A DNA stretch of 64,000 nucleotides from an uncultured Methanosarcinaceae archaeon (GCA_963733675.1 CAVTET010000001.1:1056001-1120000); one strand, 5' to 3'; positions 1-11,870 are shown, numbered from the stretch's first letter. A program made the numbers and translations. The notes: a model not told the origin generated them from the sequence alone.

Positions 1-34
1 TCAAATATACAAATTGACGTTCTGTTTGATATGA

Positions 35-487
35 TTATACTTTTGTTTTTATGTGCTTTAGTTTTTCTGCAATATCAATCCCGAGTCTTCTACACTCCTC
101 AACATCCTTATCTGTTGGTTTGTGAAGAATCCGAAGTACCGGATCTATCACATTCATACCCATCTCTCGCATCTTTTCAGCTATCATTACAGGTGCTTCT
201 CCGCTCCATCCATAAGACCCAAAAGCAGCTCCTATTTTACCTTTTGGGTCTGAGGAAGCAAGAGTCTCATTTATGAATTTTTCCATGGGAGGCAACATTT
301 TGTAGTAGAAAGTAGAAGAACCAATTGCAATTGCTTCTGCGTCATTAAGGTCTTCAGGCTTTACGTCATAAAAGCTAACAGCCTTTGCATCTATATTCCT
401 TGATTCGATTCCATTAGCTATAGCCTCGGCCATAGATTTTGTATTCCCTGAAGTACTGAGATATACTACTATCGCTTTCAAACTCAT
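35..487 (-). CDS. Flavodoxin-domain protein
   Basis: FMN-binding motif YLSTSGNTKSMAEAI, GSSTF and AFGSYGWSGEA; 150 aa. Confidence 0.9.
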   Translation of the reverse strand: MSLKAIVVYLSTSGNTKSMAEAIANGIESRNIDAKAVSFYDVKPEDLNDAEAIAIGSSTFYYKMLPPMEKFINETLASSDPKGKIGAAFGSYGWSGEAPVMIAEKMREMGMNVIDPVLRILHKPTDKDVEECRRLGIDIAEKLKHIKTKV

Positions 488-716
488 CCCCTTCCGATTT
501 AAGATAAGACGTTAATGTCATAAATGGACAAAAAGTGAGTAAACTCGCCAGTTTTGCATATAACCGGATCCCAGGACCATAAAAAACGAAGCCTGATGTA
601 ATCTCGCTTTCCAACCATTTACTAGTTATAAAAATTATTTTAAATAAGGATTTCGTCCCACATTAAATTGATTTAAGATATTAAAGAAAAATTCCTGATG
701 GATATACACCATTTAG

Positions 717-1563
717 GGTTCCGTTGCAAAAATTCAAAAAAATATGTAAATCTATAAGTAATGAATAAAAATCAAAATATTCAAGGAAAATGTACTAACA
801 TTATAAAACTATACCAAATAATTGATTAATACATTTGACTTCATTAAAAACAGAGTAATTTAGATCATTTACTTGTCCTTTTTTGATCATATTCATAGCT
901 TCAATTCCTTTTAAAGTCTTATTAGCAGATCGAAAAGACTGAAATCCTAACATTGGATTAACGATTCGTTTTATAGATCTATGATCTTGTTCTATAATGT
1001 TATTCAAATACTTTATTTGTCGAATGCCTACGTTTTTAGGTAATATTTTATTATTTTTCAGTTTATCTATAGCAGGTGGATAACCTGGATTCTTATCAAC
1101 TGTTATTACTCTTGGAATTTGGTTATGATTAGAACTCAAAGCTTTCTTAAAAAATCTCTTCGCTGCTATCCTATTTCGTTTTGCACTTTACATGAAATCG
1201 ATTGTTTCTCCATCTGAGTCAACTGCTCGGTAAAGATATTTCCATTTACCTTTTACTTTGATATAGGTTTCATCAACTTTCACGAATAGTTTGTTAGTCT
1301 TAAATGTCTTCTTATCTTCGTTTCTATTTCAGGGGAATATTGATGCACCCATCTCATTACAGTACTGTGATCAACTTGAATTCCTCTTTCTATCATCATT
1401 TTTTTTAAATTTCTATAGCTCAATGGATATTTTAAGTACCATCTTACATTTAATAGGATAATTTCTCCTTCAAAATGCTTCCATTTAAAGGAATCAGATA
1501 GCATATTACTATCTTTGGTTTTCTTTTTATTCTATTGTATTAGTAGAAAGGATTTTTTGCAAC
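717..1563 (-). mobile_element. IS6-family element, transposase pseudogene; one terminal repeat truncated
   Basis: TIR GGTTCCGTTGCAAAAA at 717; the other end stops at ...TTTTTTGCAAC (1563); IS6 motifs FKWKHF, VDETYIKVKG, YLNNIIEQDHR split by a frameshift and a TAA. Confidence 0.95.
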
Positions 1564-1921
1564 CAAAAAACAAAAATATATTATTAATTATTTTTATTAC
1601 TGGTGAAGCTATCAGAATCTAAAGTTATTTTTTTTCTAGAGAATAAAACTTTACTTAAAGCCTATCAATAGCTTATTCAGTGTTTATAATTATGACTATC
1701 AAATAAAGAAAAAAATTTACTGAAAGGCTCTTAAAAACTACTGTTCACTATTTTTCATTATCGAATAAGATTTTTTGGTTTTCATTGGTGCACAGGTTTT
1801 ATAGCATAAACTATGCATAATCAAGAAATTTACATTCAAAAATTGATCCAGGAGAACAGATTGTGAACATTAAACTGCTTTCTGAAAATCTAAAAATAAA
1901 AAAGCTCTAGTGGAAGTTTTG

Positions 1922-2203
1922 CTAATTAATATTAAATTTTCCCATATTTTTTATGCGCTTTTTCGGCGGTCGAATATCGAAAACGTATACTTTTTTCTCT
2001 TCTTCATCAATTTGATAGAAAATTCGATAGTCTCCAACTCTCAGACGATATGTAACTAATCGAATTCCTTTGAGTTCTTTTTTGTTTCCGTTACTATCTG
2101 GAAATGGATCTGTAAGCTCTTTAATTGCAGATTTTATATGTTCTTTTCGTTCTGCGGGAGCCTTAACAAAAATAGTGGGATGCACAAAAACTTTAAAGAT
2201 CAT
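1922..2203 (-). CDS. RelE/ParE-family toxin, C-terminus probably frameshifted
   Basis: YRLRVGDYRIFYQID motif; overlaps the upstream small antitoxin-like gene. Confidence 0.85.
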   Translation of the reverse strand: MIFKVFVHPTIFVKAPAERKEHIKSAIKELTDPFPDSNGNKKELKGIRLVTYRLRVGDYRIFYQIDEEEKKVYVFDIRPPKKRIKNMGKFNIN

Positions 2204-2387
2204 CTATACTCACAAACTCATTCTTATGCTCTTTTATAAATTTCTCACTGCGCTCTGTTAATTTATTCATATTGTGTTCGACTATAAGGTCATTAATAAC
2301 CTTATTATAATCGTCTCCCATCTTTCCAATTTTCCGTAACTCTTCGAGAATTTGTTTTGTTATCTGGATAGTTGTTGTTTCAGACAT
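2193..2387 (-). CDS. Putative antitoxin of an archaeal type II TA pair
   Basis: 64 aa, TTTIQIT ribbon-helix-helix-like start, acidic end FVSIDDL, directly upstream of and overlapping the RelE-like gene. Confidence 0.75.
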   Translation of the reverse strand: MSETTTIQITKQILEELRKIGKMGDDYNKVINDLIVEHNMNKLTERSEKFIKEHKNEFVSIDDL

Positions 2388-3112
2388 TTTATATATTATA
2401 GTAGTAATAGTATCTATAGCAACTCGGTTAAAAAGCTCTGCTGATAGTTATGATAACAAATTAGCACATATTTGGTATAAATAAGCAATTTTCTGGAATC
2501 GTTCTCAAAAGTTGCTTGCGGGTAGAAGGTTTTAGACTTTATGCATTATCAGATAAACATTAGGCACTCTGGCGCTGAAATTGGGAAAAATGCACATATT
2601 TTAATACAAAAACTATGCATTAGTAACAACGATAGATCTTATTTTTGTGGCAGAGAAAAGAGCATAGAGTCAATTAGAATTATTTGATAAATTGTTGATT
2701 TTTATTGTGAATGGTATCAACTACAATTCAAATATAATCCATTAAATGGTATATTAGGACGAGTTTGGAAGTTTCTAACATGTAGCTGGATATGATAAAC
2801 TAAAATACCGGTAGCAAAAAAGCTTATAATAAAATCGGAGAAAAAGATTAAAAAGCTATGTTTTTAATTATTGTAAGGCTTTAGATTATCAGCAAATTCT
2901 CTTTTTATTACATATGGACCCAAACTTATAAGAAAATAAAAACATAGCCATCAATTCAAGGCAGTTTATCAAGAGTTTATCCCTAATGCCTTGAAAAAAA
3001 GGTTATGATGCTGTTTTATTTCATACTCAGTGATTCTTAGATTCAGTGCCTATTCTATTAGCTCTATCAGTATGAAAATACCACAAATAGAGCTATTTCC
3101 TAGTGGTGACTA

Positions 3113-5080
3113 TTACTGATACAAGTTACCAGGGTTACTATATACAATTGTAGGAATCTTTTTAGGAGTCTTTTTCAGAACATTGATTGTAGAAAGCATT
3201 GAATTTGTACCTACTGCATTGCTTACTGTTAAATTAACTGTATAGATTCCTGCTGCAAGGTAAGTATGCATTGGATTCTTCTGAATTGATCTAGCTCTGT
3301 CTCCAAAGTTCCACTTCTGTCCTATGGCATTTGTCGAGAGGTCTGTAAATTGAATCGTAAGGGGAACATAACCATTGGTTACGTTTGTACTGAACTTAGC
3401 TACAGGCAGACCTTTTACAGAAATATCTTGCGGATCAGTAAATGCTTTGATGCACACATTAGTATTTGAGTAACTTGGTTCTGTTGTTATATCGGTCCAT
3501 GTCTTTCCATCAGAACTTACAAAACTTTCGGATGCATTTGCTTTTGCTTGACTACTGTAACCGGAGATTGGCATTTCCACAGCAATTGGATAATTGTATA
3601 CAGGGTTTATAAGCTTCATTACTACGGAGAATTTTTGACCGGCGTTGAGCTTAACTCCAAAATTCAGGGGGACTGTATTGTAGCCTGCATTTGGAATTTT
3701 TCCATTTTGTGTAAGAGTAGGGCTATTTTGACCAATAGGTTGGAACCCAGTATTATTGTAGATCTTAATTACATAATTGCAGTTTATATCTGTCGTGTAG
3801 AAACTTATTGCCTTGAGGACTTCGTTGGATTTTGCAGTAAAGATATTTGCACACCAGCCAGTTGTGGGATTAGCTTGTGATGTGTTAATTTGCTGGGTCC
3901 ATCCAAGTGGATCGTATTGGTAGATATTTGTATAATCTTTAGGATTTTCAGCCATGAAGAGTATATTCATATCATATCCTATATTGGAATCGTAATAGGA
4001 AACATAGAAATACCCATTATTATTGTTTACATTACCCCAATCTGCTGCAGTTGTACCCCAGCTATTTTTTATGATAAATGCTCCATCTCCGGGTGGAGTT
4101 GTGGAGAAATTATTCTTACTAAAAGAGTCATTCCAGCCTACAATGGTCACTTCATGGTCAGATGATGTTGTTCCACTATAGTAATAACCATATGTGTTTT
4201 GGTTATAATTATTAGCATTAGTATTATAGGGATCAAAATACATTGCAGTAGCTACTCCTCCATAATTCATAATTGCTTGTTTTATATCCAGATTGTCCGT
4301 AGGACTATTTCTGGTCGGAAGAAAAGTTACATTTTGTACATGTTTATGTACAGGGAGTCCGATCTCATTGGACGAAAAGCTTGATGTATCGCTATAAGGG
4401 TCATCGCTGGTGTTCACAGGTCCGGTCCAGCGTGCCAGATAGGCAGTTGACATCACAGAGTCACCCCCGTCGTTGGGACCGTAATCAAAACCTTGCGGGT
4501 TATTTGCAGAAGAAAGCAGATTTTTCAGATTATTTTCTGAAAAGCTCCATAATCCTTTTGGCATTAAAGATGATTCAAGAGATCCGTAAGTTGCAAATGT
4601 CCAGCACGTACCTGCATCACCCTGGTTTTCCACAGGGGTTATCCTTTTGAGAGTTCGTAAGTCATAGGAAGTTGGAATAGATGTGCTTGCTGAAGCATAT
4701 ACTTCTGCGACTGAAGTATGTTTGAGATGACTAAGGTCCACAGGCGAGGGTGAGAAGCCAGATTTATGTCTACTTGGGGACTGTGTGGTTTGGTAAACAA
4801 ATTTTTTATTCTTGTATTCGGTAAATTTAGGATTTTCTGGTGCAAGTCCAACCTTTGTAGAAAATTCAGTTTGGTTTGTAATATCTGTGTGAATAAATTT
4901 ATAATCAATGGGTACAGATATTGATTTGTTTTCTTCTGAAAATCCTGCATATGCCATTGCTATTGATGAACCTATTACCAAGAACAAAACAAGAAGTTCA
5001 GTGAAAGTTACTAAATTTTTTAATATATTTATATCATTATTTATATTTCGATTCTTTTTCATATTTATCTCCTTATCCAT
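3113..5080 (-). CDS. Secreted papain-like (C1A) cysteine peptidase with lectin-like and PKD domains
   Basis: Signal/TM segment; QGDAGTCWTF, DHEVTIVGW and IIKNSWG catalytic motifs; YQYDPLGW lectin-like region; PKD motif WNFGD...NPMHTY. Confidence 0.9.
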   Translation of the reverse strand: MDKEINMKKNRNINNDINILKNLVTFTELLVLFLVIGSSIAMAYAGFSEENKSISVPIDYKFIHTDITNQTEFSTKVGLAPENPKFTEYKNKKFVYQTTQSPSRHKSGFSPSPVDLSHLKHTSVAEVYASASTSIPTSYDLRTLKRITPVENQGDAGTCWTFATYGSLESSLMPKGLWSFSENNLKNLLSSANNPQGFDYGPNDGGDSVMSTAYLARWTGPVNTSDDPYSDTSSFSSNEIGLPVHKHVQNVTFLPTRNSPTDNLDIKQAIMNYGGVATAMYFDPYNTNANNYNQNTYGYYYSGTTSSDHEVTIVGWNDSFSKNNFSTTPPGDGAFIIKNSWGTTAADWGNVNNNNGYFYVSYYDSNIGYDMNILFMAENPKDYTNIYQYDPLGWTQQINTSQANPTTGWCANIFTAKSNEVLKAISFYTTDINCNYVIKIYNNTGFQPIGQNSPTLTQNGKIPNAGYNTVPLNFGVKLNAGQKFSVVMKLINPVYNYPIAVEMPISGYSSQAKANASESFVSSDGKTWTDITTEPSYSNTNVCIKAFTDPQDISVKGLPVAKFSTNVTNGYVPLTIQFTDLSTNAIGQKWNFGDRARSIQKNPMHTYLAAGIYTVNLTVSNAVGTNSMLSTINVLKKTPKKIPTIVYSNPGNLYQ

Positions 5081-6042
5081 TTATCTAAGAATGTTTCATT
5101 AACTCTCATTTGTTACTTTTATCATATTTTAAAGATTACATTTTCCTAAAATCCAATACTTACTTCTCAAATTTTAAGTAATCTTCGATATCTATTTGCC
5201 AGCGACTAAAAACCAAGAACAGTTCTTATGTATCAAATTTTTGGAGTTTTCAGAGCTTCTTACTTCTAATAACTTTTGATAATAGTTTATATACTTTTTA
5301 ATTTTTTTCTACATATATTGTGCAGTGCTTGGTATGTAACTCACTGAATAAATTATGTGTTTATTGGTCACATCTTAAATTAATTTTTGAACACCCACAT
5401 TTCCGGTTTTTTGCATATTAATATAATTAGTCACATATAATAAAATGAGGTAAATATAAAAATAATTCTACAGATTGGAACTTTCGTCTGGAAAATATTA
5501 AAAGCTTTTTGTTGCTGAAAAGAGATTAAAAAGTGCTAAAATTTACAGAAAAATTTAAGCATTTGAGATGTTTAAGAATTGTTATCTGAACACATGGGTT
5601 GCTAATTTTTTTCCAGTTGATATAAACACAATTTTAGATTGGATAATTATTCAGTTCGCATGCTAATTTTTCTAAAAAACAAATAATGTCATGAAGTTGT
5701 GAGAAAGGAAAATACACCTCGAAAGAATCAGATCACACAAATTATGTATAAATTTAGCATTAGATTTTAGCAAATTTTAAACACTACCAAAATTAGCAAT
5801 GTACTGAAAGTTCCGTAAAAATGACTGATTTTCATCCTTTTCTTTCATTACAAAACATGATTTTCTGGTTTTCACTTATGTACAGGTTTTATAGTACAAC
5901 TGTGCATCATTGGAAATGATAAGTCCTGCTTATTTAATCGTATATCACCATTGTTGACTCAGTGATAGATTTTTTATTGACCGGAAAATTGACTTTTTGG
6001 ATAGGGTATAAGTCCTTACTAAAACACCAGAGAATGATATTA

Positions 6043-6831
6043 ATGATCAACGTGAACCACGATAGTGAATCTCTAGCAGAAAAGTATGATAAAGTAAGCA
6101 AATATCAATACATTAATGGACTTACTTTGGTAAAAAAATTAAATATTTCATCTAGGCACAATGTCTTGGACGTAAGCTGTGGTACAGGGCTTCTCACATT
6201 GAAACTGGCAGGTAAGGTTGACCATATTACGGGTATTGATCCTTCTATCCAAAGAATTGAAATAGCCTGTAGAAAATTAACTAAAATGAATCCTGGAAAC
6301 GTAACTTTTGAGCTTGGTAGCAGTGATGACATCGATCGTTATGGTGAAGACGTATTCGATGTTGTATACTTGAACGCAGTTTTTCACTGGATAAATGATA
6401 AAGAAGAAGCGCTGAATAATATCTACTGGGCATTAAAGCCCGATGGAAAGCTTGGTATATGTACCGGTGATAAGGACCATCCGTTCACGGTAAAGATAGC
6501 AGCAAAAGAAGTGTTCCGGAGGGCTGGAATCATTGAAGAAAGCGCAGATTTTAGCGCTCCAGTAAATACAGTAGAACTGGATTCAATGTTAAGAAAATCG
6601 GGTTTTAGGGTAATAGAAATAAAGCCAAAAAGAGATTTACGGTATTTCGAGACCCCTGCTAAATTCCTGGAATACGTCGAAGCGAGCTCTTTTGTGAATT
6701 TTCTGGGCAATACTCCGGTATCAGTACGCGATAACATAAAGGCTGAAATCGTGGCGGAGCTGAAAAAATATCAGATTCCGAAAGGCATAGAAAGCATTTA
6801 TCACGATTTGTTCGCTCTTGCTGAAAAATAA
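6043..6831 (+). CDS. Class I SAM-dependent methyltransferase
   Basis: VLDVSCGTG (motif I with Gly replaced by Ser), GIDPS, FDVVYLNAVFHW, LKPDGKL; start uncertain (ORF open from 5962). Confidence 0.85.
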   Translation: MINVNHDSESLAEKYDKVSKYQYINGLTLVKKLNISSRHNVLDVSCGTGLLTLKLAGKVDHITGIDPSIQRIEIACRKLTKMNPGNVTFELGSSDDIDRYGEDVFDVVYLNAVFHWINDKEEALNNIYWALKPDGKLGICTGDKDHPFTVKIAAKEVFRRAGIIEESADFSAPVNTVELDSMLRKSGFRVIEIKPKRDLRYFETPAKFLEYVEASSFVNFLGNTPVSVRDNIKAEIVAELKKYQIPKGIESIYHDLFALAEK

Positions 6832-7313
6832 CTTGATAATAGTCCTAAAAAGCCTTAATCGAATTATATATGCTTTATTTTTGGAATAAAAGCTCAAATA
6901 ATAGTATTTATTGAAATTGAAGTTTATTTAATCTTTTTTACAGATATAAACACTTATTAATCAAAATTTTAACCAAACAACTTGATAGCAATCAAAAGAA
7001 CTGTTAATCACGTCATACAAGTTTTATTGTAAAATTAGTAGCTCAAATAGCTTTATTTTTTGAAGTCTATTTTTATTTAATTTTTTCAATTTTAAAAAGT
7101 AGCTATTTATTAAAGCCAAATAATTTAAGCACTGTAAATCACAAAAGACGCCTTTAATGATTTTAAAAATGGTGTAACATATAAAACCAATAAATATAAA
7201 ATAATGTATTATAATGTATTATTATCAATGCAGTCAAATTTGATGCAGTTAGATAATCTTACATAAGTGTTTTGTAGAAGAATTATTTAGAATAAAAAGT
7301 AGGAGATCAAAAT

Positions 7314-7661
7314 ATGTTAAAACAAATGAAAAAGACACTTGGTATTTTGCTAGCAGTTTGTTTTTTAATGTCCGTGACAGCTGCAGCAGTAAGCGCAGGA
7401 TCCGTAGTGGTTAAGGATAAGAAAACAGCCATTATAATCCTAAAAGATGTGAAGACTAAATTCTTCAAATATCAACACAAGTTGCATAGCCATCACCATA
7501 AATGGCACCACCACCACAAAAACACAAATATGAGTGGCAAAAAAGGTAAAAAAATGACCGTTAAAACCGAAAATGTTAATAAAATACCTATTAAAACCGA
7601 AACTAATAAAAATATGCCTATAAAAAGCGGAACCAGCAAAGATATGGCTGTGAAAAACTGA
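7314..7661 (+). CDS. Small secreted His/Lys-rich protein
   Basis: RBS AGGAG; signal peptide MKKTLGILLAVCFLMSVTAAAVSA; HKLHSHHHKWHHHHK; ~10-aa C-terminal repeats. Confidence 0.75.
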   Translation: MLKQMKKTLGILLAVCFLMSVTAAAVSAGSVVVKDKKTAIIILKDVKTKFFKYQHKLHSHHHKWHHHHKNTNMSGKKGKKMTVKTENVNKIPIKTETNKNMPIKSGTSKDMAVKN

Positions 7662-7906
7662 ATCGGAAAAGATCTACAAATATCATTGATGGCTGAAGCA
7701 GAAACACTGATTTAAAAAAAATCAAACAAACTTCTCTAAAATGTTTTTAGTGGCATTTGGTGATATCCACATAGAAGACTTACAAACACATCTGCTTATA
7801 CCACCATGAATATCACAATAAGCAACTTGTTGAAATCAGAAGTTTGTTGAAATTATCTAGATTTTAACATGTTATTAATTTAAACAATATAAACGGAGTG
7901 AAATAA

Positions 7907-8062
7907 ATGTTAAAAATGTTAAAACAATCATCTAGTGGAATTAAAAAGGTACTGGCTGTTTTGCTGTTAGTCCTTTTTGTAGTATCGTTGACATCTGTGG
8001 CAGCTAGTGCTCGAGAAGAACGACATGGTGACCACGGACGCCATGGTGGCCACGGGCATTAA
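7907..8062 (+). CDS. Small secreted His/Gly-rich peptide (51 aa), possibly the 5' part of an interrupted gene
   Basis: RBS GGAGTG; MLKMLKQSSSGIKKVLAVLLLVLFVVSLTSVAASAREERHGDHGRHGGHGH*; the frame stays open after the TAA; absent from the ORF track. Confidence 0.65.
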   Translation: MLKMLKQSSSGIKKVLAVLLLVLFVVSLTSVAASAREERHGDHGRHGGHGH

Positions 8063-9086
8063 CAACCAGGTAGTTATGGTTATGGAACATATCCCTACTA
8101 TAGCAGTAGTTCTGGATGCTACCAGGATCCATATACTGGTTTAATAACTTGCCCCACATACGGTTCCTTATATTTGAACATGAAAATATACCACCTGACC
8201 ACATGGAAATATCATCTCAATGAAAACAAAAACTGCAAAAGATAAAACTGTAAATAAAGTACATGGAGTAACTTTACTAGAATATGAATGATAGCAATCC
8301 CTGTATGCAAATTGGAATAATTTCTTATCTGCATTTGAAGTCAAGCTTGCTCATTTATATTTATAAAAATGGATTTAATTTTAAGGCATGCTTTTACTTG
8401 AAAGATTGCTATTACTCTTGATTCTTAAGATTCTGCGCTCTCTGATCTCGTATGGTTATTATATGTGTGTAAGAGAAACTATACATCAGAGGGTTCCTTG
8501 ACGATTTTTCACTTTCATACACATAAACACACTAAGACATTTTATTTTGGGATCGATGCCATAGTGCATTTGTGTATTCTGACATATTACTTGAACATGA
8601 AATAATATCTAATTTTCACATATTAGTTAAATAGTAATTACAGTAACTAAATAGACTGAAATTTACATAGTCCTAATCCTGTAGACCATGATGGCAACCT
8701 TTTGGGATGAAGTTTATATTCCACTAATATGCAGAATATAAAATATAATCATCGTAAAATATATTAAAAATATATTTCTTAGTGAAAGCAAAAGTTGAAG
8801 AAATTTATTAAAAATTTATTAATTGAGACTAGGGTATTGAAAATTTGAGTTTTTGATCCATTTTGTTCATATTTCTAATTTTGTTTAGAGTACTATATAA
8901 TTATTTTTTCCATTACATTTTTTATTTATGCTTGTGATTCAGTTTAATTAGTTTCAAGTGTTCAAAGAGCTCCATATGTTCTATAGGTTACATAAGCTCT
9001 ATGCGTCATAGATCCATAATAATTTTCCTTTATCCTGAAAATTTAGTTCTGTATCAACTACCTAGGATGAAATTATTATCTTAGAA

Positions 9087-9938
9087 GGTTCCGTTGCAAA
9101 AATCCTTTCTAATGATACAATAGAATAAAAAGAAAATCAAAGATAGTAACATGCTATCTAATTCCTTTAAATGGAAGCGTTTTGAAGGAAAAATTATCCT
9201 ATTGAATGTAAGATGGTACTTAAAATATTCATTGAGCTATAGAAATTTTAAAAAAATGATGATAGAAAGAGGAATTCAAGTTGATCACAGTACTGTAATG
9301 AGATGGGTGCATCAATATTCCCCTGAAATAGAAAAGAAAATAAGAAGACATTTAAGACTAACAAACTATTCGTGAAAGTTGATGAAACCTATATCAAAGT
9401 AAAAGGTAAATGGAAATATTTTTACCGAGCAGTCGACTCAAATGGAGAAACAATCGATTTCATGTAAAGTGCAAAACGAAATAGGATAGCAGCGAAGAGA
9501 TTTTTTAAGAAAGCTTTGAGTTCTAATCATAACCAAATTCCAAGAGTAATAACAGTTGATAAGAATCCAGCTTATCCACCTGCTATAGATAAACTGAAAA
9601 ATAATAAAATATTACCTAAAAACGTAGGCATTTGACAAATAAAGTATTTGAATAACATTATAGAACAAGATCATAGATCTATAAAACGAATCGTTAATCC
9701 AATGTTAGGATTTCAGTCTTTTCGATCTGCTAATAAGACTTTAAAAGGAATTGAAGCTATGAATATGATCAAAAAAGGACAAGTAAATGATCTAAATTAC
9801 TCTGTTTTTAATGAAGTCAAATGTATTAATCAATTATTTGGTATAGTTTTATAATGTTAGTACATTTTCCTTGAATATTTTGATTTTTATTCATTACTTA
9901 TAGATTTACATATTTTTTTGAATTTTTGCAACGGAACC
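9087..9938 (+). mobile_element. IS6-family element, transposase pseudogene
   Basis: Both TIRs (GGTTCCGTTGCAAAAA / TTTTTGCAACGGAACC); same lesions as the 717-1563 copy plus an extra TGA. Confidence 0.95.
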
Positions 9939-10220
9939 CTAAATGGTGTATATCCATTTTGATTTTACATTAAAAAGAAAAACATATATACTAATATAGT
10001 TATCAAAATATCGATTATTAAATAGTTATTATGATTTTTACTATTTTTTGCTCGAATAAGGTCAATTTATAAAATAAAACTGTTTTTGGGAAAAAGGAGC
10101 CGCTCTGGAAGTTTTGGTAATTCCAGCTACAATTAGATGACATAATAAAAATAAGCAGGAAAGAACAATTTATTAAAAATAATTCCGGTTAGAGTAAAAA
10201 TATTAACCAGTTAAAGGCTC

Positions 10221-10652
10221 TTAACTTTCTCTACCTAAAGCAAACTTTTCTAGAATTTGTGCCCTAATGCCATCTGCATCATTGATTGCTATATCAACAA
10301 ATACATTCTGATTATCTGAAACAACATTCATTTTACGATATTGTCGTCTTGCGAAGTCTTCCGGGAAACGTCTCTCCAAAATCCGCATGTAAACTTGGCA
10401 ATTTCCAGCATCAGCTGCATCAGTAAGACGTTTAATGCATCCTTTTGCGGCATCTGCATCACGTTTCTGAATATGTTTATAGAACTGAAAATATTTCCCA
10501 GATTTTTCTGTTTTCCCCTTCTTCATCCAAAGATTGAATGTCTTATATGTTATGCCCATAAATTCGGAAGCAAGAGAGTATGTGAGTCCCAAAGCAACAT
10601 TATAGCCGATTCTCTGTTGTAGTTCAGGTGTCAATTTACAAGGTCTCGCCAT
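10221..10652 (-). CDS. Terminase small subunit-like HTH protein
   Basis: MARPCKLTPELQQRI...GLTYSLASEFMGITYKTFNLWMKKG HTH, helical middle and ILERRFPEDFAR resemble phage TerS-like proteins. Confidence 0.6.
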   Translation of the reverse strand: MARPCKLTPELQQRIGYNVALGLTYSLASEFMGITYKTFNLWMKKGKTEKSGKYFQFYKHIQKRDADAAKGCIKRLTDAADAGNCQVYMRILERRFPEDFARRQYRKMNVVSDNQNVFVDIAINDADGIRAQILEKFALGRES

Positions 10653-11383
10653 GGCTGTACCGTTTTTTATTTTGAATAATTAGTATAAGTGGATTTTATA
10701 TTTAAAATTTAGTTAGTTTCGTTATGTATGCGGTCGGGGTTTATACACATCAAATCTAAGCCATTTTTTGACTAGGCCAATATTTTACTAAGGACGGTAA
10801 GTTAAAGTTCCACCAGTAAGCTTAGAGTAAGTCGGTTTCTGACCACATTAAATCCCCATGTTCCTAATGTCATAGCACGGTAACTACCTTTAAGACATTT
10901 TTCATATATTTTTATCACTTTTAATTAATATAAATTAAGTTATTAATTATGTAAATAAACTGATGAACTGTAACTTACGATAAATATAGAACAGGAAATA
11001 AATGATTGTGGGGCGATTTAAGACATTTTCCTGAGTAGGTAAGGGGTGTATTTACAATAGATTAATTATAAACATGTTGTAGGGGCTGAGATTAAGTCCA
11101 GTAACTGGCAACCTTTCTGAGATTTAGACCGATATTATTCCTTTTTTGTGAGTCTACGACGTCCTGTAGCAGCTTCATCTGAACTTGGCAGGATCACCTA
11201 CCATGGTATTATTTCCCAGCTTCGTCTTCGATACTTCAAGACCTTTAGATCCATGAGGAATTAATGGTTTTTTTCCTGAAGTCATGCTTGAAATGTGAAA
11301 ACTAGGGGCCTATAAGGATCCGGTTCCCCAGAATCACTGATATCAATATCAATAAAAAGGAAAGATAATATTTTGAGTTCCTA

Positions 11384-11770
11384 CTATTCCCAAGCTTCAG
11401 TCATTCCTTCAGGCGCCATCATTCGGTTATTGGTATGTGTTCTTAAAGTGGGGTACTCTTCATAACAATTGTCACATAAAACAATTACAGTGGGGCTTTT
11501 ACCCCGTTGTCTTATAGTTTTTATCATCCCACGTTCTTCTAACTCATCCAATGCTTTAGGAAAAGCCCAATCAGGGATAGGGAGAAATGAGTTTATACCC
11601 TTCAGGGTGACTATTAAGTCTTTAGATTTCTTCACCCCTTTTAAATGTTAAATGTACATAGCAACTCTATATGTATGTCCCACTGAATTGGAAGGTAACT
11701 TTATAATCCATTCTGAAGGCATTTGAGATATGAAAGATCCCTTTATTTTATCTTTAGGATTCACCAGCAT
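11384..11770 (-). pseudogene. Winged-helix protein of the PolA module with one premature TAA
   Basis: ATG at 11770 after GGGAG; MLVNPKDKIKGSFISQMPSEWIIKLP...VAMYI*HLKGVKKSK...ALDELEERGMIKTIRQRGKSPTVIVL; stop at 11648-11650. Confidence 0.7.
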
Positions 11771-11870
11771 TATCTTACTCCCATTAGATATTACTTTTAA
11801 ATATTAAGTAGAAATAAAGAAGATATATTAAAGAAATATAAGTAGTAAAATCGATCCCGGAAGGCTTATG

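Noticed and set aside
3548-5102. Antisense or alternate-frame ORFs over the protease gene (and similar ones over atp, proS and MFS genes)
   Set aside because: Shadow ORFs overlapping well-supported genes, with no recognisable motifs.
6166-6189. Inactive methyltransferase because of DVSCGTG
   Set aside because: A single Gly-to-Ser change in motif I is tolerated in some enzymes; not enough to call a pseudogene.
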